DNA of 32,000 nt, taken from positions 30,001 to 62,000 of the forward strand of contig NC_000916.1 in assembly GCF_000008645.1 (NCBI RefSeq). Reading direction: 5' to 3'. The notes under the pieces were generated by a model that was not told where the DNA came from, made no database searches, and saw only the letters and a program-made list of their open reading frames with translations. Both the position numbers and the translations under genes were made by a program. Source of the stretch: Methanothermobacter thermautotrophicus str. Delta H (lineage in GTDB: Archaea; Methanobacteriota; Methanobacteria; Methanobacteriales; Methanothermobacteraceae). Shown one piece after another: positions 1-8,583 of the stretch (position 1 is the first letter of the stretch; every line of letters starts with the position of its first letter).

Positions 1-1269
1 ATCCTCAGGATAGAGGACACGGACCCCCGCAGGGTTGACCCGGAGGCCTACGATATGATTCCAGCCGACCTTGAGTGGCTGGGCGTTGAATGGGATGAGA
101 CAGTTATCCAGAGCGACCGCATGGAAACCTACTATGAGTACACAGAGAAACTCATAGAGAGGGGTGGTGCGTATGTATGCACATGCAGGCCGGAGGAGTT
201 CAGGGAACTCAAGAACAGGGGAGAGGCCTGTCACTGCAGGTCCCTTGGTTTCAGGGAGAACCTCCAGCGATGGAGGGAAATGTTCGAGATGAAGGAGGGC
301 TCAGCCGTTGTGAGGGTTAAAACGGACCTGAACCACCCAAACCCTGCCATAAGAGACTGGGTCTCAATGAGGATCGTTGAGGCAGAGCACCCACGCACCG
401 GTACACGCTACAGGGTCTACCCCATGATGAACTTCTCAGTGGCGGTTGATGACCACCTCCTTGGCGTGACACACGTCCTGAGGGGTAAGGACCACCTGGC
501 AAACAGAGAGAAGCAGGAGTACCTCTACAGGCACCTTGGCTGGGAGCCCCCCGAATTCATACACTACGGGCGCCTGAAGATGGACGACGTTGCACTCAGC
601 ACCTCGGGGGCCCGTGAGGGCATCCTCAGGGGTGAGTATTCTGGATGGGACGACCCACGCCTCGGAACCCTGAGGGCCATTGCAAGGAGGGGTATACGAC
701 CGGAGGCCATAAGAAAGTTAATGGTTGAAATCGGCGTAAAGATAGCAGATTCCACAATGAGCTGGAAGAAGATCTACGGCCTCAACAGGAGCATCCTCGA
801 AGAGGAGGCCAGGAGGTACTTCTTTGCTGCAGATCCTGTTAAACTTGAAGTGGTGGGTTTACCCGGACCTGTCAGGGTTGAAAGGCCCCTACACCCGGAC
901 CACCCTGAAATCGGGAACAGGGTACTTGAACTGAGGGGTGAGGTGTACCTGCCGGGCGATGACCTTGGGGAAGGACCGCTGCGCCTCATAGACGCGGTTA
1001 ACGTGATCTACTCTGGGGGTGAACTGAGGTACCACAGTGAGGGCATCGAGGAGGCCCGTGAACTCGGCGCTTCAATGATACACTGGGTCCCTGCAGAGTC
1101 CGCCCTTGAGGCCGAGGTCATCATGCCGGACGCCTCCAGGGTGAGGGGAGTCATCGAGGCTGACGCATCAGAACTGGAGGTTGATGATGTTGTGCAGCTT
1201 GAGAGGTTCGGCTTCGCCCGCCTGGATTCTGCAGGCCCAGGAATGGTCTTCTACTATGCCCACAAATGA
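1..1269 (+). CDS. gltX: Glutamyl-tRNA synthetase, archaeal/eukaryotic type (5' end lies outside the window)
   Basis: Frame 1 is open from base 1 (ILRIEDTDPRRVDPEAYD precedes the listed Met at 55). It has the RIEDTDP motif and VYPMMNFSVAVDDHLLGVTHVLRGKDH, typical of class I GluRS/GlnRS catalytic cores, plus a C-terminal anticodon-binding-like region. Confidence 0.85.
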   Translation: MLRIEDTDPRRVDPEAYDMIPADLEWLGVEWDETVIQSDRMETYYEYTEKLIERGGAYVCTCRPEEFRELKNRGEACHCRSLGFRENLQRWREMFEMKEGSAVVRVKTDLNHPNPAIRDWVSMRIVEAEHPRTGTRYRVYPMMNFSVAVDDHLLGVTHVLRGKDHLANREKQEYLYRHLGWEPPEFIHYGRLKMDDVALSTSGAREGILRGEYSGWDDPRLGTLRAIARRGIRPEAIRKLMVEIGVKIADSTMSWKKIYGLNRSILEEEARRYFFAADPVKLEVVGLPGPVRVERPLHPDHPEIGNRVLELRGEVYLPGDDLGEGPLRLIDAVNVIYSGGELRYHSEGIEEARELGASMIHWVPAESALEAEVIMPDASRVRGVIEADASELEVDDVVQLERFGFARLDSAGPGMVFYYAHK

Positions 1270-1312
1270 TTTTTCTGTTTTCTGGGGTTTATAATTCCTT
1301 TTTTAACAGGGT
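1270..1312 (+). terminator. Oligo-T tract after gltX (archaeal-type terminator candidate)
   Basis: tgatttttctgttttctggggtttataattcctttttt follows the stop codon directly and contains several T runs. Confidence 0.3.
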
Positions 1313-1458
1313 ATCCCTGAGAAAGAATTTTTTGTTTTCCAGCAGTGATCCGGCTTCTTCACAGGCTGGGGATTCAGCACAGCAATTTTTATTAACTCCA
1401 GTGGACTACATGATAATATCATTCTTCTCGTGTTGAATTAACTTCTGGAGGATAAATC

Positions 1459-2691
1459 ATGGTGACTGTAAACGAGAACTACCTGCTACTTAAAAGCAGC
1501 TACATATTCTCCGAGATAAACAGGAGAGTTGAGGAATTCCAGAGAAAAAATCCTGACGCTGACATAATCAGGATGGGTATAGGTGATGTGACAAGGCCCC
1601 TCCCGGAGGCAGTTGTTGAGGCCTTCCACAGGGCCGTTGATGAGATGGCAGAGGAGGAGACATTCAGGGGCTACGGACCGGAACAGGGATACCCCTTCCT
1701 CAGGGAGGCCATAGCAGAGAACGACTACGCTTCAAGGGGAGTTGATATCACAGCAGATGAGATCTTCATAAGCGACGGTGCCAAGTGCGACACAGGAAAC
1801 ATCCAGGAGATCTTTGGACTCGACAACGTTGTCGCTGTCACAGACCCTGTCTACCCTGTTTACGTTGAGAGCAACGTCATGGCAGGACGTGCCGGCCCGG
1901 CAGACGACGATGGAAGATACAGTGGACTTGTCTACCTCCCATGTACAGAGGAGAACAGCTTCATACCCTCCCTCCCAGAGGAGAGGGTGGACCTCATCTA
2001 CCTCTGCTACCCCAACAACCCCACAGGAACAACACTGACAGAGAAACAGCTTGCTGAGTGGGTGGACTATGCAAGGGACAGTGGCAGCTTGATACTCTTC
2101 GATGCAGCCTACGAGGCCTACATCCAGGAGGATGGGATACCCCACAGCATCTACGAAGTCGAAGGTGCAAGGGAAGTCGCGATTGAGTTCAGGAGCTTCT
2201 CAAAGAACGCGGGCTTCACAGGTACAAGGTGTGCCTTCACGGTTGTACCTGAAGAACTTGAGGTCCCTGACAGCAGCGGAAGGATGCACTCTGTGAGGGA
2301 ACTCTGGAACAGGCGCCAGACAACAAAGTTCAACGGAGTCTCCTACCCGGTCCAGAGGGCGGCCGAGGCTGTCTACACACCTGAGGGGCAGCGGGAGATA
2401 AGGGAATCCATTGATTACTACATGGAAAACGCCAGGATAATAAGGGAAAGCCTTGAAAGGGCAGGTTTAAGGTACTATGGTGGTGTAAACGCACCATACA
2501 TCTGGATAAGGACGCCCGAGGGAATGGACTCCTGGCAGTTCTTTGACACCCTCCTCAATGATGCTGAGGTCGTTGGGACACCGGGCTCAGGTTTCGGACC
2601 AAGTGGTGAGGGTTACTTCCGTCTCACAGCCTTCAACTCCTTCAGGAACACTGTGAAGGCCATGGAGAGGATATCAGAGCTGAGCTTCTAG
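1459..2691 (+). CDS. dapL: LL-diaminopimelate aminotransferase (class I PLP aminotransferase)
   Basis: 410-aa ORF with RBS GGAGGA at 1447-1452. The N-terminus [33 protein letters not shown] and the [18 protein letters not shown]-lysine region match my recollection of DapL from methanogens and plants. Confidence 0.85.
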   Translation: MVTVNENYLLLKSSYIFSEINRRVEEFQRKNPDADIIRMGIGDVTRPLPEAVVEAFHRAVDEMAEEETFRGYGPEQGYPFLREAIAENDYASRGVDITADEIFISDGAKCDTGNIQEIFGLDNVVAVTDPVYPVYVESNVMAGRAGPADDDGRYSGLVYLPCTEENSFIPSLPEERVDLIYLCYPNNPTGTTLTEKQLAEWVDYARDSGSLILFDAAYEAYIQEDGIPHSIYEVEGAREVAIEFRSFSKNAGFTGTRCAFTVVPEELEVPDSSGRMHSVRELWNRRQTTKFNGVSYPVQRAAEAVYTPEGQREIRESIDYYMENARIIRESLERAGLRYYGGVNAPYIWIRTPEGMDSWQFFDTLLNDAEVVGTPGSGFGPSGEGYFRLTAFNSFRNTVKAMERISELSF

Positions 2692-2751
2692 ATGATACTG
2701 ATTGTTGATGGTAGAGCAGTCACCATCACGGAAAAATAAATAATTAATTTT

Positions 2752-3336
2752 TTAATTCATGGCTGAGTTTATTGCCATATATGCGACACTGGTACCCATG
2801 TCGAGGTCCCTCTGGACTGTTGATGGGCTCTTTGTCCTCGTCCACCTTGACCAGTCACTCCTACCGTTGAGGTAGCCCTGCTTCATCAGTGTGTAGAGGT
2901 CCCCTGACACATACTTTATTCTGGGTGCAAGGTACAGCGCCTGCCTCTCATAGCCTGTATGGAGTGATGATGACTCCCCGCTCACACAGTGGGGGGCGCT
3001 GAAGGTGTCTGTTATGTAGTGGCTTGCAACCCCGAAACAGTAACTCGCATACCTGTAGTTCCTGTTCCTGTAGGCACTCCTTCCACGGTCGAGCCATTTC
3101 TTCGCCTCGGTGAAGCTCCTGGGGAAGCTGTGTCTCACTGTATCATGGAACTTCTCATCAGGGTCGTTGGACCCGTCGACCATGGCGTTGAGGTTTAACC
3201 TGGGTTTCTTGTGGGAGGGTAGCTTCTCGTATATGGCCTCTGCTGTGTCGTAGTGGGTCACAGTCTTCCAGGCAAATGAGGCGGGTGTAAGGAGCATCAT
3301 AAGAACAAGGATTAAGGACACACCCCTTATCTTCAT
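2752..3336 (-). CDS. Secreted zinc-dependent phospholipase C / P1-nuclease-fold protein
   Basis: Signal peptide MKIRGVSLILVLMMLLTPASFA, then W-K-T-V-T-H. FGVASHYITDTFSAPHC parallels LGLSLHYLGDVNQPMHA of Bacillus PLC. SLHTGYE parallels FHSKYE. The metal ligands W1, H, D, H, H, E are all placeable. Confidence 0.65.
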   Translation of the reverse strand: MKIRGVSLILVLMMLLTPASFAWKTVTHYDTAEAIYEKLPSHKKPRLNLNAMVDGSNDPDEKFHDTVRHSFPRSFTEAKKWLDRGRSAYRNRNYRYASYCFGVASHYITDTFSAPHCVSGESSSLHTGYERQALYLAPRIKYVSGDLYTLMKQGYLNGRSDWSRWTRTKSPSTVQRDLDMGTSVAYMAINSAMN

Positions 3337-3430
3337 GGTGAAACCTCCATTTAGTGGGTGGTACCTTTACATGTATAAATTTATTGTTGAGAATGGTGTT
3401 ACTGATATAAAAAAGAAAAAGAGTGGGGGT

Positions 3431-4303
3431 TTATTTTCCTGCTCCGCCCCTGAGGAATCCGAAGGCCACAAGACCAGCGGCAACAAGGACACCCACGATA
3501 CCGTAGACATACCATGAGGAGTCACCGCCACTGGCGCCTGATGTAGCATTCTTAACCTCATAGGCCTTTGAAGGGGTTGATGCAGGCTCCTCTGACACTG
3601 AGGATGCAGCGCCCACCTCTGCGGGTGAAGCCGCAGTATCCACACCCGGTGAATAACCTGAGTGTCCGCCGCTGATACCACCAGCTGAACCTGAAGGAAC
3701 ACCACCGGTTGAACCTCCCTGGGTTCCTCCGTTGTTAACTGGTGTTCCACCGTTGTTCACAGGTATAAGGTCCTCGAGGGTCCTGTTGGATGGGATACTG
3801 AAAATATACTGAAGGGCATTCATGGAGCCAGTTCCACCTGCAAGGAGTATGCCAAGTTCCTCCTTGTTTATAAGACGTTCCGCGGCTGTACTGACAACCG
3901 GTGCTGATACCAGGTTTGGTGAGGAGTAATCATGCTTGTAGAGTCGGATGTACTCTTCGTAGGAGTTGGATCCTGATGCAAACCTTGGGCTCTGCCATGT
4001 GATAACTGCAACCCTTCCAGTGTTTGTCTTTTCATCCCATATTATGATGTAGCCCACCATTCCATTCATACCGCCGCCTGTTGTTTCCAGTGTTGTCTCA
4101 TCACTTGTCAGCCTCTGGTTGGCGTAGGTTCCCTGTCCCGCTGAAACACCGAGGAGCATGAAGAGTATGTCGTCCTTACAGTTATCGAGTGTTGTGACAT
4201 AGATGTACTTCTCGTTTTCCCCCTTGGGTAAGTGTTGAAGATGTAGTCGGCTATGAGGTAACCTGGTGAGCTTCCACCACAGACGTGGTTGTGGAAGAGC
4301 CAA
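3431..4303 (-). CDS. C-terminal fragment of an FmdE-motif surface protein (FmdE-like core continuation, G/S/T-rich stalk, C-terminal TM anchor)
   Basis: KGENEKYIYVTTLDNCKDDILFMLLGVSAGQG continues the FmdE-like domain begun in the overlapping frame of 4108..5241. The frames can be joined near the C5/T4 run at 4215-4228. It ends in a low-complexity GGT/SGG stalk and WYVYGIVGVLVAAGLVAFGFLRGGAGK. Confidence 0.55.
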   Translation of the reverse strand: MALPQPRLWWKLTRLPHSRLHLQHLPKGENEKYIYVTTLDNCKDDILFMLLGVSAGQGTYANQRLTSDETTLETTGGGMNGMVGYIIIWDEKTNTGRVAVITWQSPRFASGSNSYEEYIRLYKHDYSSPNLVSAPVVSTAAERLINKEELGILLAGGTGSMNALQYIFSIPSNRTLEDLIPVNNGGTPVNNGGTQGGSTGGVPSGSAGGISGGHSGYSPGVDTAASPAEVGAASSVSEEPASTPSKAYEVKNATSGASGGDSSWYVYGIVGVLVAAGLVAFGFLRGGAGK

Positions 4304-5241
4304 CCCATCAGCACGTCAAAGGGTGGATCGTATGGTAGGACCTCTTCTATTCTGTAATTGGATGAATTCTGAACAACAAGTGTTCCGCTTGTGATGTTGT
4401 AGTACATTGATTTGATTATCTTCTGTGTCCCGTTGATCAGACAGAAGTCGAATTTCAGCTGACCCCAGAGCGGTGCATGTACTGGTAGAAGTGTTTTCCT
4501 GCTGAGTCTTGATCCGAGGATGTCATAGATTCCATCCCAGATTGGACTGGTCTCCTGGTTGTTTAACCTGACGTAGCCTGCTGATGTGAGGACAAATAGC
4601 TGATAGTCATCCCTTTCAAGATTTATACCCATGGCCTGGAAGAGCTCTACAGCCTTCTCTGCCGCAAGGCGGCCGATGTTCTTGAGGTCCCCGTATGTTA
4701 GATTGCCTGTACTGTAACTGCTGTTAGATGGGGTTGCATTTATAAGGTTTGTCTGGTTGAGGATGTAGTTGAGGTCAAGCCCGGCTGCGGCGATGGTCGT
4801 GTTACCCTTTGTGGGTTCATATCCCATGAGGTAGTTTACCTGGTCCTGTGTGAGGTTGTCGAATGCGTAGAGGATCTTCACAAGGGTTTCTGGACTTGTT
4901 GTTAGTTTTTTAACTGCCCATGCGTTGAATTTAAGTTCTGATACTGCTGTTTCACCGGTTTCCTGTTTGTATTTGCTGATGAGGTCCTGAAGGTTGTAGG
5001 CCATTATGATAAGTGTACCTTTTTTTGTCTTTGAGTTCCATCGAATGAAACCCACAATGTTGGTGTCTTCAGTTGTGTTGAACCCCACATATGCCCTTTT
5101 ACCGGGTGTCGCATCCATGGCATATATGAAGACGTCATCGTCTGAACCGCCGGGTACACCTATGACCTGGTAGCTCACACCCTCCAGTGGTAGGCCGAAT
5201 TCATTTGTAGCAGGGTAGTATTTGAGGAGTGTTTCTATCAT
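4108..5241 (-). CDS. Middle fragment of the same FmdE-motif surface protein
   Basis: 377-aa ORF containing FHNHVCGGSSPGYLIADYIF (FmdE-like HxHxCxG). The last ~35 residues (RGKTRSTSMSQ...) look out of frame. Its start overlaps the upstream ORF stop in ATGA. Confidence 0.55.
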   Translation of the reverse strand: MIETLLKYYPATNEFGLPLEGVSYQVIGVPGGSDDDVFIYAMDATPGKRAYVGFNTTEDTNIVGFIRWNSKTKKGTLIIMAYNLQDLISKYKQETGETAVSELKFNAWAVKKLTTSPETLVKILYAFDNLTQDQVNYLMGYEPTKGNTTIAAAGLDLNYILNQTNLINATPSNSSYSTGNLTYGDLKNIGRLAAEKAVELFQAMGINLERDDYQLFVLTSAGYVRLNNQETSPIWDGIYDILGSRLSRKTLLPVHAPLWGQLKFDFCLINGTQKIIKSMYYNITSGTLVVQNSSNYRIEEVLPYDPPFDVLMGWLFHNHVCGGSSPGYLIADYIFNTYPRGKTRSTSMSQHSITVRTTYSSCSSVFQRDREPTPTRG

Positions 5242-5735
5242 TCGTAGCCGCTGATTGTTCCCATGCAGACGTGGCCGTGGAATGCTGCTTCCCTGAGGAT
5301 GTCTGCTGAGAGTCCTATGGCCCAGGCGTTGGCCAGGCTTGCTATGGGGAATGTGTCGTTTCCAAGTTTTTTCTGCAGTGCCTGGTACTGTGTGAGGGTC
5401 ATATTCTGTGAGACCGTTCCAATGTAGATGGGTGTCATGCTGGCGTTTTTGAAGTAGGCGAGTATGAGGTCGTTACCTTTCCTTACTATGAATGCGAAGT
5501 CCAGTGGATCGAGTCTGGTTTTTCGGAGCATCAGGAGGTTTCCTTTACCATAGCTCACTATACCGCGGGCCTGGTTGAGTATACCCTCCAGGGCGTCCTC
5601 TGTCGTCTGGTTTTTGTAGTATGCTGTTCCTGCTGTTGTTATGACCAGGACCTCACCGGTTCTGGTGAAGTTGAGGATCTGGTCTGCCTTCTTTGTTGTT
5701 TCCCTTCCCAGTTTGTAGGCTTCTGTGGCGTTCAT
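5238..5735 (-). CDS. Fragment of the same surface protein, ending in the first FmdE-like motif FHGHVCMG
   Basis: 165-aa ORF. Its frame is open upstream to 5897 without a start codon (..LPENITNTTKFTVKIRAPGYRELSHTFQLTDYGTVYAAHLSLT-MNATE). Restoring one A at GAATGA would read ..ISGYEMIETLL.. into the next ORF. Confidence 0.5.
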   Translation of the reverse strand: MNATEAYKLGRETTKKADQILNFTRTGEVLVITTAGTAYYKNQTTEDALEGILNQARGIVSYGKGNLLMLRKTRLDPLDFAFIVRKGNDLILAYFKNASMTPIYIGTVSQNMTLTQYQALQKKLGNDTFPIASLANAWAIGLSADILREAAFHGHVCMGTISGYE

Positions 5736-5824
5736 GGTGAGTGAAAGATGGGCTGCGTATACCGTGCCGTAGTCTGTTAGCTGGAAGGTATGTGAGAGTT
5801 CCCTGTATCCGGGGGCACGGATTT

Positions 5825-6208
5825 TTACTGTGAATTTTGTGGTGTTTGTGATGTTCTCTGGTAGTTGAATTTGATTTTGGTCATGTTTGCTGCCGGGTCA
5901 AATGTTCTGGTGAAGTTTATCTTTGTCCCGTTTTCGTCTGTCAGTTCCTGGATGTCAGGGTTGATATTGCCATTATCGTCGGCGTATTCATATTTGACGT
6001 CAACCCCCACCTCACAGTTTGTATCAGCTGCACTCACCGAACCTGTAAGTGCCACAGCAACGAGAAGAACCATGAAAACCATGAAATACTGTCTTTCCAT
6101 ACCTTTTTCACCTCCTTTTAATTTTATCATTAAAAATAATGATCTTACTAACATATAAGTCTTAATTATTACTACTTGGGTGATGATGGGATGTATTGTA
6201 ATACTCAC
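5825..6208 (-). CDS. Small secreted protein, probably the signal-peptide-bearing N-terminal fragment of the same gene (likely start at ATG 6100)
   Basis: RBS AGGAGGTGA at 6108-6116 precedes MERQYFMVFMVLLVAVALTGSVSA. The last codons overlap the open upstream extension of 5238..5735 in another frame. Confidence 0.5.
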   Translation of the reverse strand: MSITIHPIITQVVIIKTYMLVRSLFLMIKLKGGEKGMERQYFMVFMVLLVAVALTGSVSAADTNCEVGVDVKYEYADDNGNINPDIQELTDENGTKINFTRTFDPAANMTKIKFNYQRTSQTPQNSQ

Positions 6209-6383
6209 TGCTTTAAAAGGAGAACTGTATGGAATTATCCTGAGATGCTCAGAACAAAATAGTTTTAGAAGAACTGCATAAAGTGATCAATTAACTGAGA
6301 ATATGGTAGAAAAGAAAAAAGGATGGATTACTTTTTCCTCTCGATCTTGATCGCGATTGGAGGTTCAATTCCCTTCTTACGGA

Positions 6384-6641
6384 TCACCACACTGTGGCTC
6401 CGAGGACGAGGAGGATTATCAGCCATGCAGGTATCACGATGACCGTGTCGCTGGTCTCAAGGGTCTTTGTCTGATGGAAACGTCCATACTTTATCTCTGT
6501 CCGGGCGGTGTATGGTCCGAATTCAAGCCATCCCGGCTTCCATGTCTCAACCAGTGTGTAGCTGTCCTCAGGGTAGACGACACCATCGATGGGCACCCTC
6601 TGTTTACCGGTTATCCCAGTGAGTTCAATGGCCCCTGTCAT
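6384..6641 (-). CDS. C-terminal fragment (second beta domain + TM anchor) of an Ig-like surface protein
   Basis: The frame is open to 6683 (FTYKLKNTGTVQAN-MTGAIELTG..) and ends with the TM segment IVIPAWLIILLVLGATVW. It continues 6638..7219 after a 1-nt shift near 6684-6690. Confidence 0.5.
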   Translation of the reverse strand: MTGAIELTGITGKQRVPIDGVVYPEDSYTLVETWKPGWLEFGPYTARTEIKYGRFHQTKTLETSDTVIVIPAWLIILLVLGATVW

Positions 6642-7219
6642 GTTTGCCTGGACTGTACCTGTATTTTTGAGTTTGTAGGTGAACTACCGGGCATGAAGCT
6701 CAGAAGTATGGTGGGTGCTTTGTGGTCCTCCAGTTTGAGTGACTCGATGATCGGCCCGGGGAGACCCACATATATGGGTACCACCAGTTCGACTCCCTGG
6801 ACTATCTGTATCTGTCCAGTGGCTGCATTCTGGACCGGCACTCCCCTTATCACCAGGGCCCCTGCGGCGTCGAGGTAGTTTATCTTTCCAGGTGCGTTGA
6901 CCGTGAATCTTATCTTCCTTGACTCCCCGGGTTTTAGCCTGAAGGTCGTGTTACCTTCGATGGTGATCCACTGGGCTATACCCCTGTCAGAGTACACCAG
7001 GTTCACACTGTCCATGAGGAGCCTCTTCTTGGTCACGTTGACGCTTACCTCCTCCTTGCCGATGTTCCGCACCGTGACCTCGCCGCTCACTGAATCTCCT
7101 GGCTTGAGGTTGTATCGGAAGTCTGCCGGTGATGCCCAGAGGCCTGTTGCCACTGCAGGTGCCACGTATCCGACTATGAATATGATCATTAAGAGGGCTG
7201 TTAAGTGTCTGACTTTCAT
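6638..7219 (-). CDS. Secreted Ig-like/CARDB-like protein, N-terminal part (possible fimbrial accessory or chaperone-like protein)
   Basis: Signal peptide MKVRHLTALLMIIFIVGYVAPAVA. LKPGDSVSGEVTVRNIGKEEVSVNV and FRLKPGESRKIRFTVNAP are typical beta-sandwich adhesion-domain strings. The tail SSPTNSKIQVQSRQT looks out of frame. Confidence 0.5.
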   Translation of the reverse strand: MKVRHLTALLMIIFIVGYVAPAVATGLWASPADFRYNLKPGDSVSGEVTVRNIGKEEVSVNVTKKRLLMDSVNLVYSDRGIAQWITIEGNTTFRLKPGESRKIRFTVNAPGKINYLDAAGALVIRGVPVQNAATGQIQIVQGVELVVPIYVGLPGPIIESLKLEDHKAPTILLSFMPGSSPTNSKIQVQSRQT

Positions 7220-7307
7220 GGTTCATCCACCTTTAAAATGAGTTTAAATCTTAAGGTATTAAAAGATTTTTAAAAATAGGAAAAAAAGTTGGGTTTAGAA
7301 TTGGAGT

Positions 7308-7838
7308 TTATGGTGCAGGTGAGTTATGCTTCACTGCTGTGTATGTGTTTGTTATTGTGTATGTGCCGTCCTCTGTGAATGGGGGTACAAAGAGTCTGAG
7401 TGTTGTTGTCCATGTTGTCGGGGTACCTGCTCCCTGGGATGCCTTGTTCATGTTGTCATATATCTTAAGGGAGCTGGTTGTGATGTTCTGGTAGTTACCT
7501 GTGACATTACTGAAAATATTGAACCCTGTTATTGGTATTGTATCTGTAGCAGTTGGGCTTGTGAATGCTGATGCGTCTGCCTTGACGTAGAGGTCTATCT
7601 TGACGTTACCTGTGTTACTTACTGTGAAAGCAGGGCTTGTTCCTTCACTTCCTGCGGCAATGCTCCCGAAGTTAACATTCGGTACAACTATTGAGATGGC
7701 CTCTGGCACTGTAACTGTAACTGTCTGGCTTGCTGTTGCCGCGTAGGATGGTGAGCTGTATGCACCTATTGCCACCACAAACACAAGGGCAACCATAAGC
7801 GGGATTACTCCCATTAACTTTTCCCTCATATTGATCAC
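7308..7838 (-). CDS. Secreted beta-rich structural protein, candidate Mth60-type fimbrin (likely start at ATG 7829)
   Basis: RBS AGGTGAT at 7834-7840 precedes the ATG at 7829. Signal peptide ..VAIGAYSSPSYA|ATASQ. The mature part is ~143 aa with N-x-S/T sequons (NVTG, NITT). It lies eight ORFs after dapL, which fits my recollection that dapL is MTH52 and the fimbrin is MTH60 in M. thermautotrophicus. This is positional inference only. Confidence 0.5.
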   Translation of the reverse strand: MINMREKLMGVIPLMVALVFVVAIGAYSSPSYAATASQTVTVTVPEAISIVVPNVNFGSIAAGSEGTSPAFTVSNTGNVKIDLYVKADASAFTSPTATDTIPITGFNIFSNVTGNYQNITTSSLKIYDNMNKASQGAGTPTTWTTTLRLFVPPFTEDGTYTITNTYTAVKHNSPAP

Positions 7839-7874
7839 CTGTATTTCAGATAAAAATTAATTGTCACAGCATGT

Positions 7875-7882
7875 TATATAAA
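7875..7882 (-). promoter_or_regulatory. TATA box candidate (TTTATATA) for the fimbrin-like gene
   Basis: The reverse complement of tatataaa lies ~46 nt upstream of ATG 7829, leaving a ~23-nt leader that carries the RBS. Confidence 0.35.
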
Positions 7883-8014
7883 TCTTTTCATTTTTCGTGA
7901 CACCAGAAACATATATTTGAAGTATATGTGACTGAGTTCACAAAAACAGGTTTTCGATGGCAGCGGTTTGGTCAGGTTGCTGTGTAGATGAGTGTTGTCT
8001 GATAGGTACCGGGG

Positions 8015-8500
8015 TCAGTGTAGGGGGGTACCCGTGATGTAAAGGCTCATGGTTACACTCCTTGATCCATGGAGAAAGAACCCTCCGGTGTATGTCATTA
8101 TGGTCTGATCGGAGGTCGTGAAGGACCTCTTGCTAAGGCTGGGGGTGCTGAATTTGAGGCTGGATAGGGGTATCCTGAGTGAACTGTCAGCCGTGTTCAC
8201 AAGGTTCCCATCGGCCCTGACAGAAAGGGTATCCTGCCAGGCAAAGAAGTATGTCACAGTCGCTGTTACAGCGTTGGGGTAGCTCCTTTCGATGCCATCA
8301 GGGTAGACAGTCCCCAGGTTGATGCTTGAGGGCTCCACCTCTATTGATGCTGACAATGAGAGTGGCTGAACCCCACCCCCGCCTTTAACAGTTTTATTCA
8401 CTGCAGAGGAATTGTTACCTGTTTCATTTGCAGCCGCGGCTGTGAAGATTCCCCCCACGATTAGAAACAATAAAATCACGGAAATAACTGTCGTCCTCAT
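8015..8500 (-). CDS. Secreted beta-rich protein, fimbrin-like or fimbria-associated
   Basis: Signal peptide MRTTVISVILLFLIVGGIFTAAAA. EPSSINLGTVYPDG resembles VPNVNFGSIAAGSEG of the neighbouring fimbrin candidate. It shares that gene's strand and cluster. Confidence 0.45.
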   Translation of the reverse strand: MRTTVISVILLFLIVGGIFTAAAANETGNNSSAVNKTVKGGGGVQPLSLSASIEVEPSSINLGTVYPDGIERSYPNAVTATVTYFFAWQDTLSVRADGNLVNTADSSLRIPLSSLKFSTPSLSKRSFTTSDQTIMTYTGGFFLHGSRSVTMSLYITGTPLH

Positions 8501-8583
8501 GAAATCCCAACCTTCATATAATATTGCAAGAACACCTTTTTATATAATTTTCGATAGGTCGGGATGTCTTCCTTATTCCTGGA

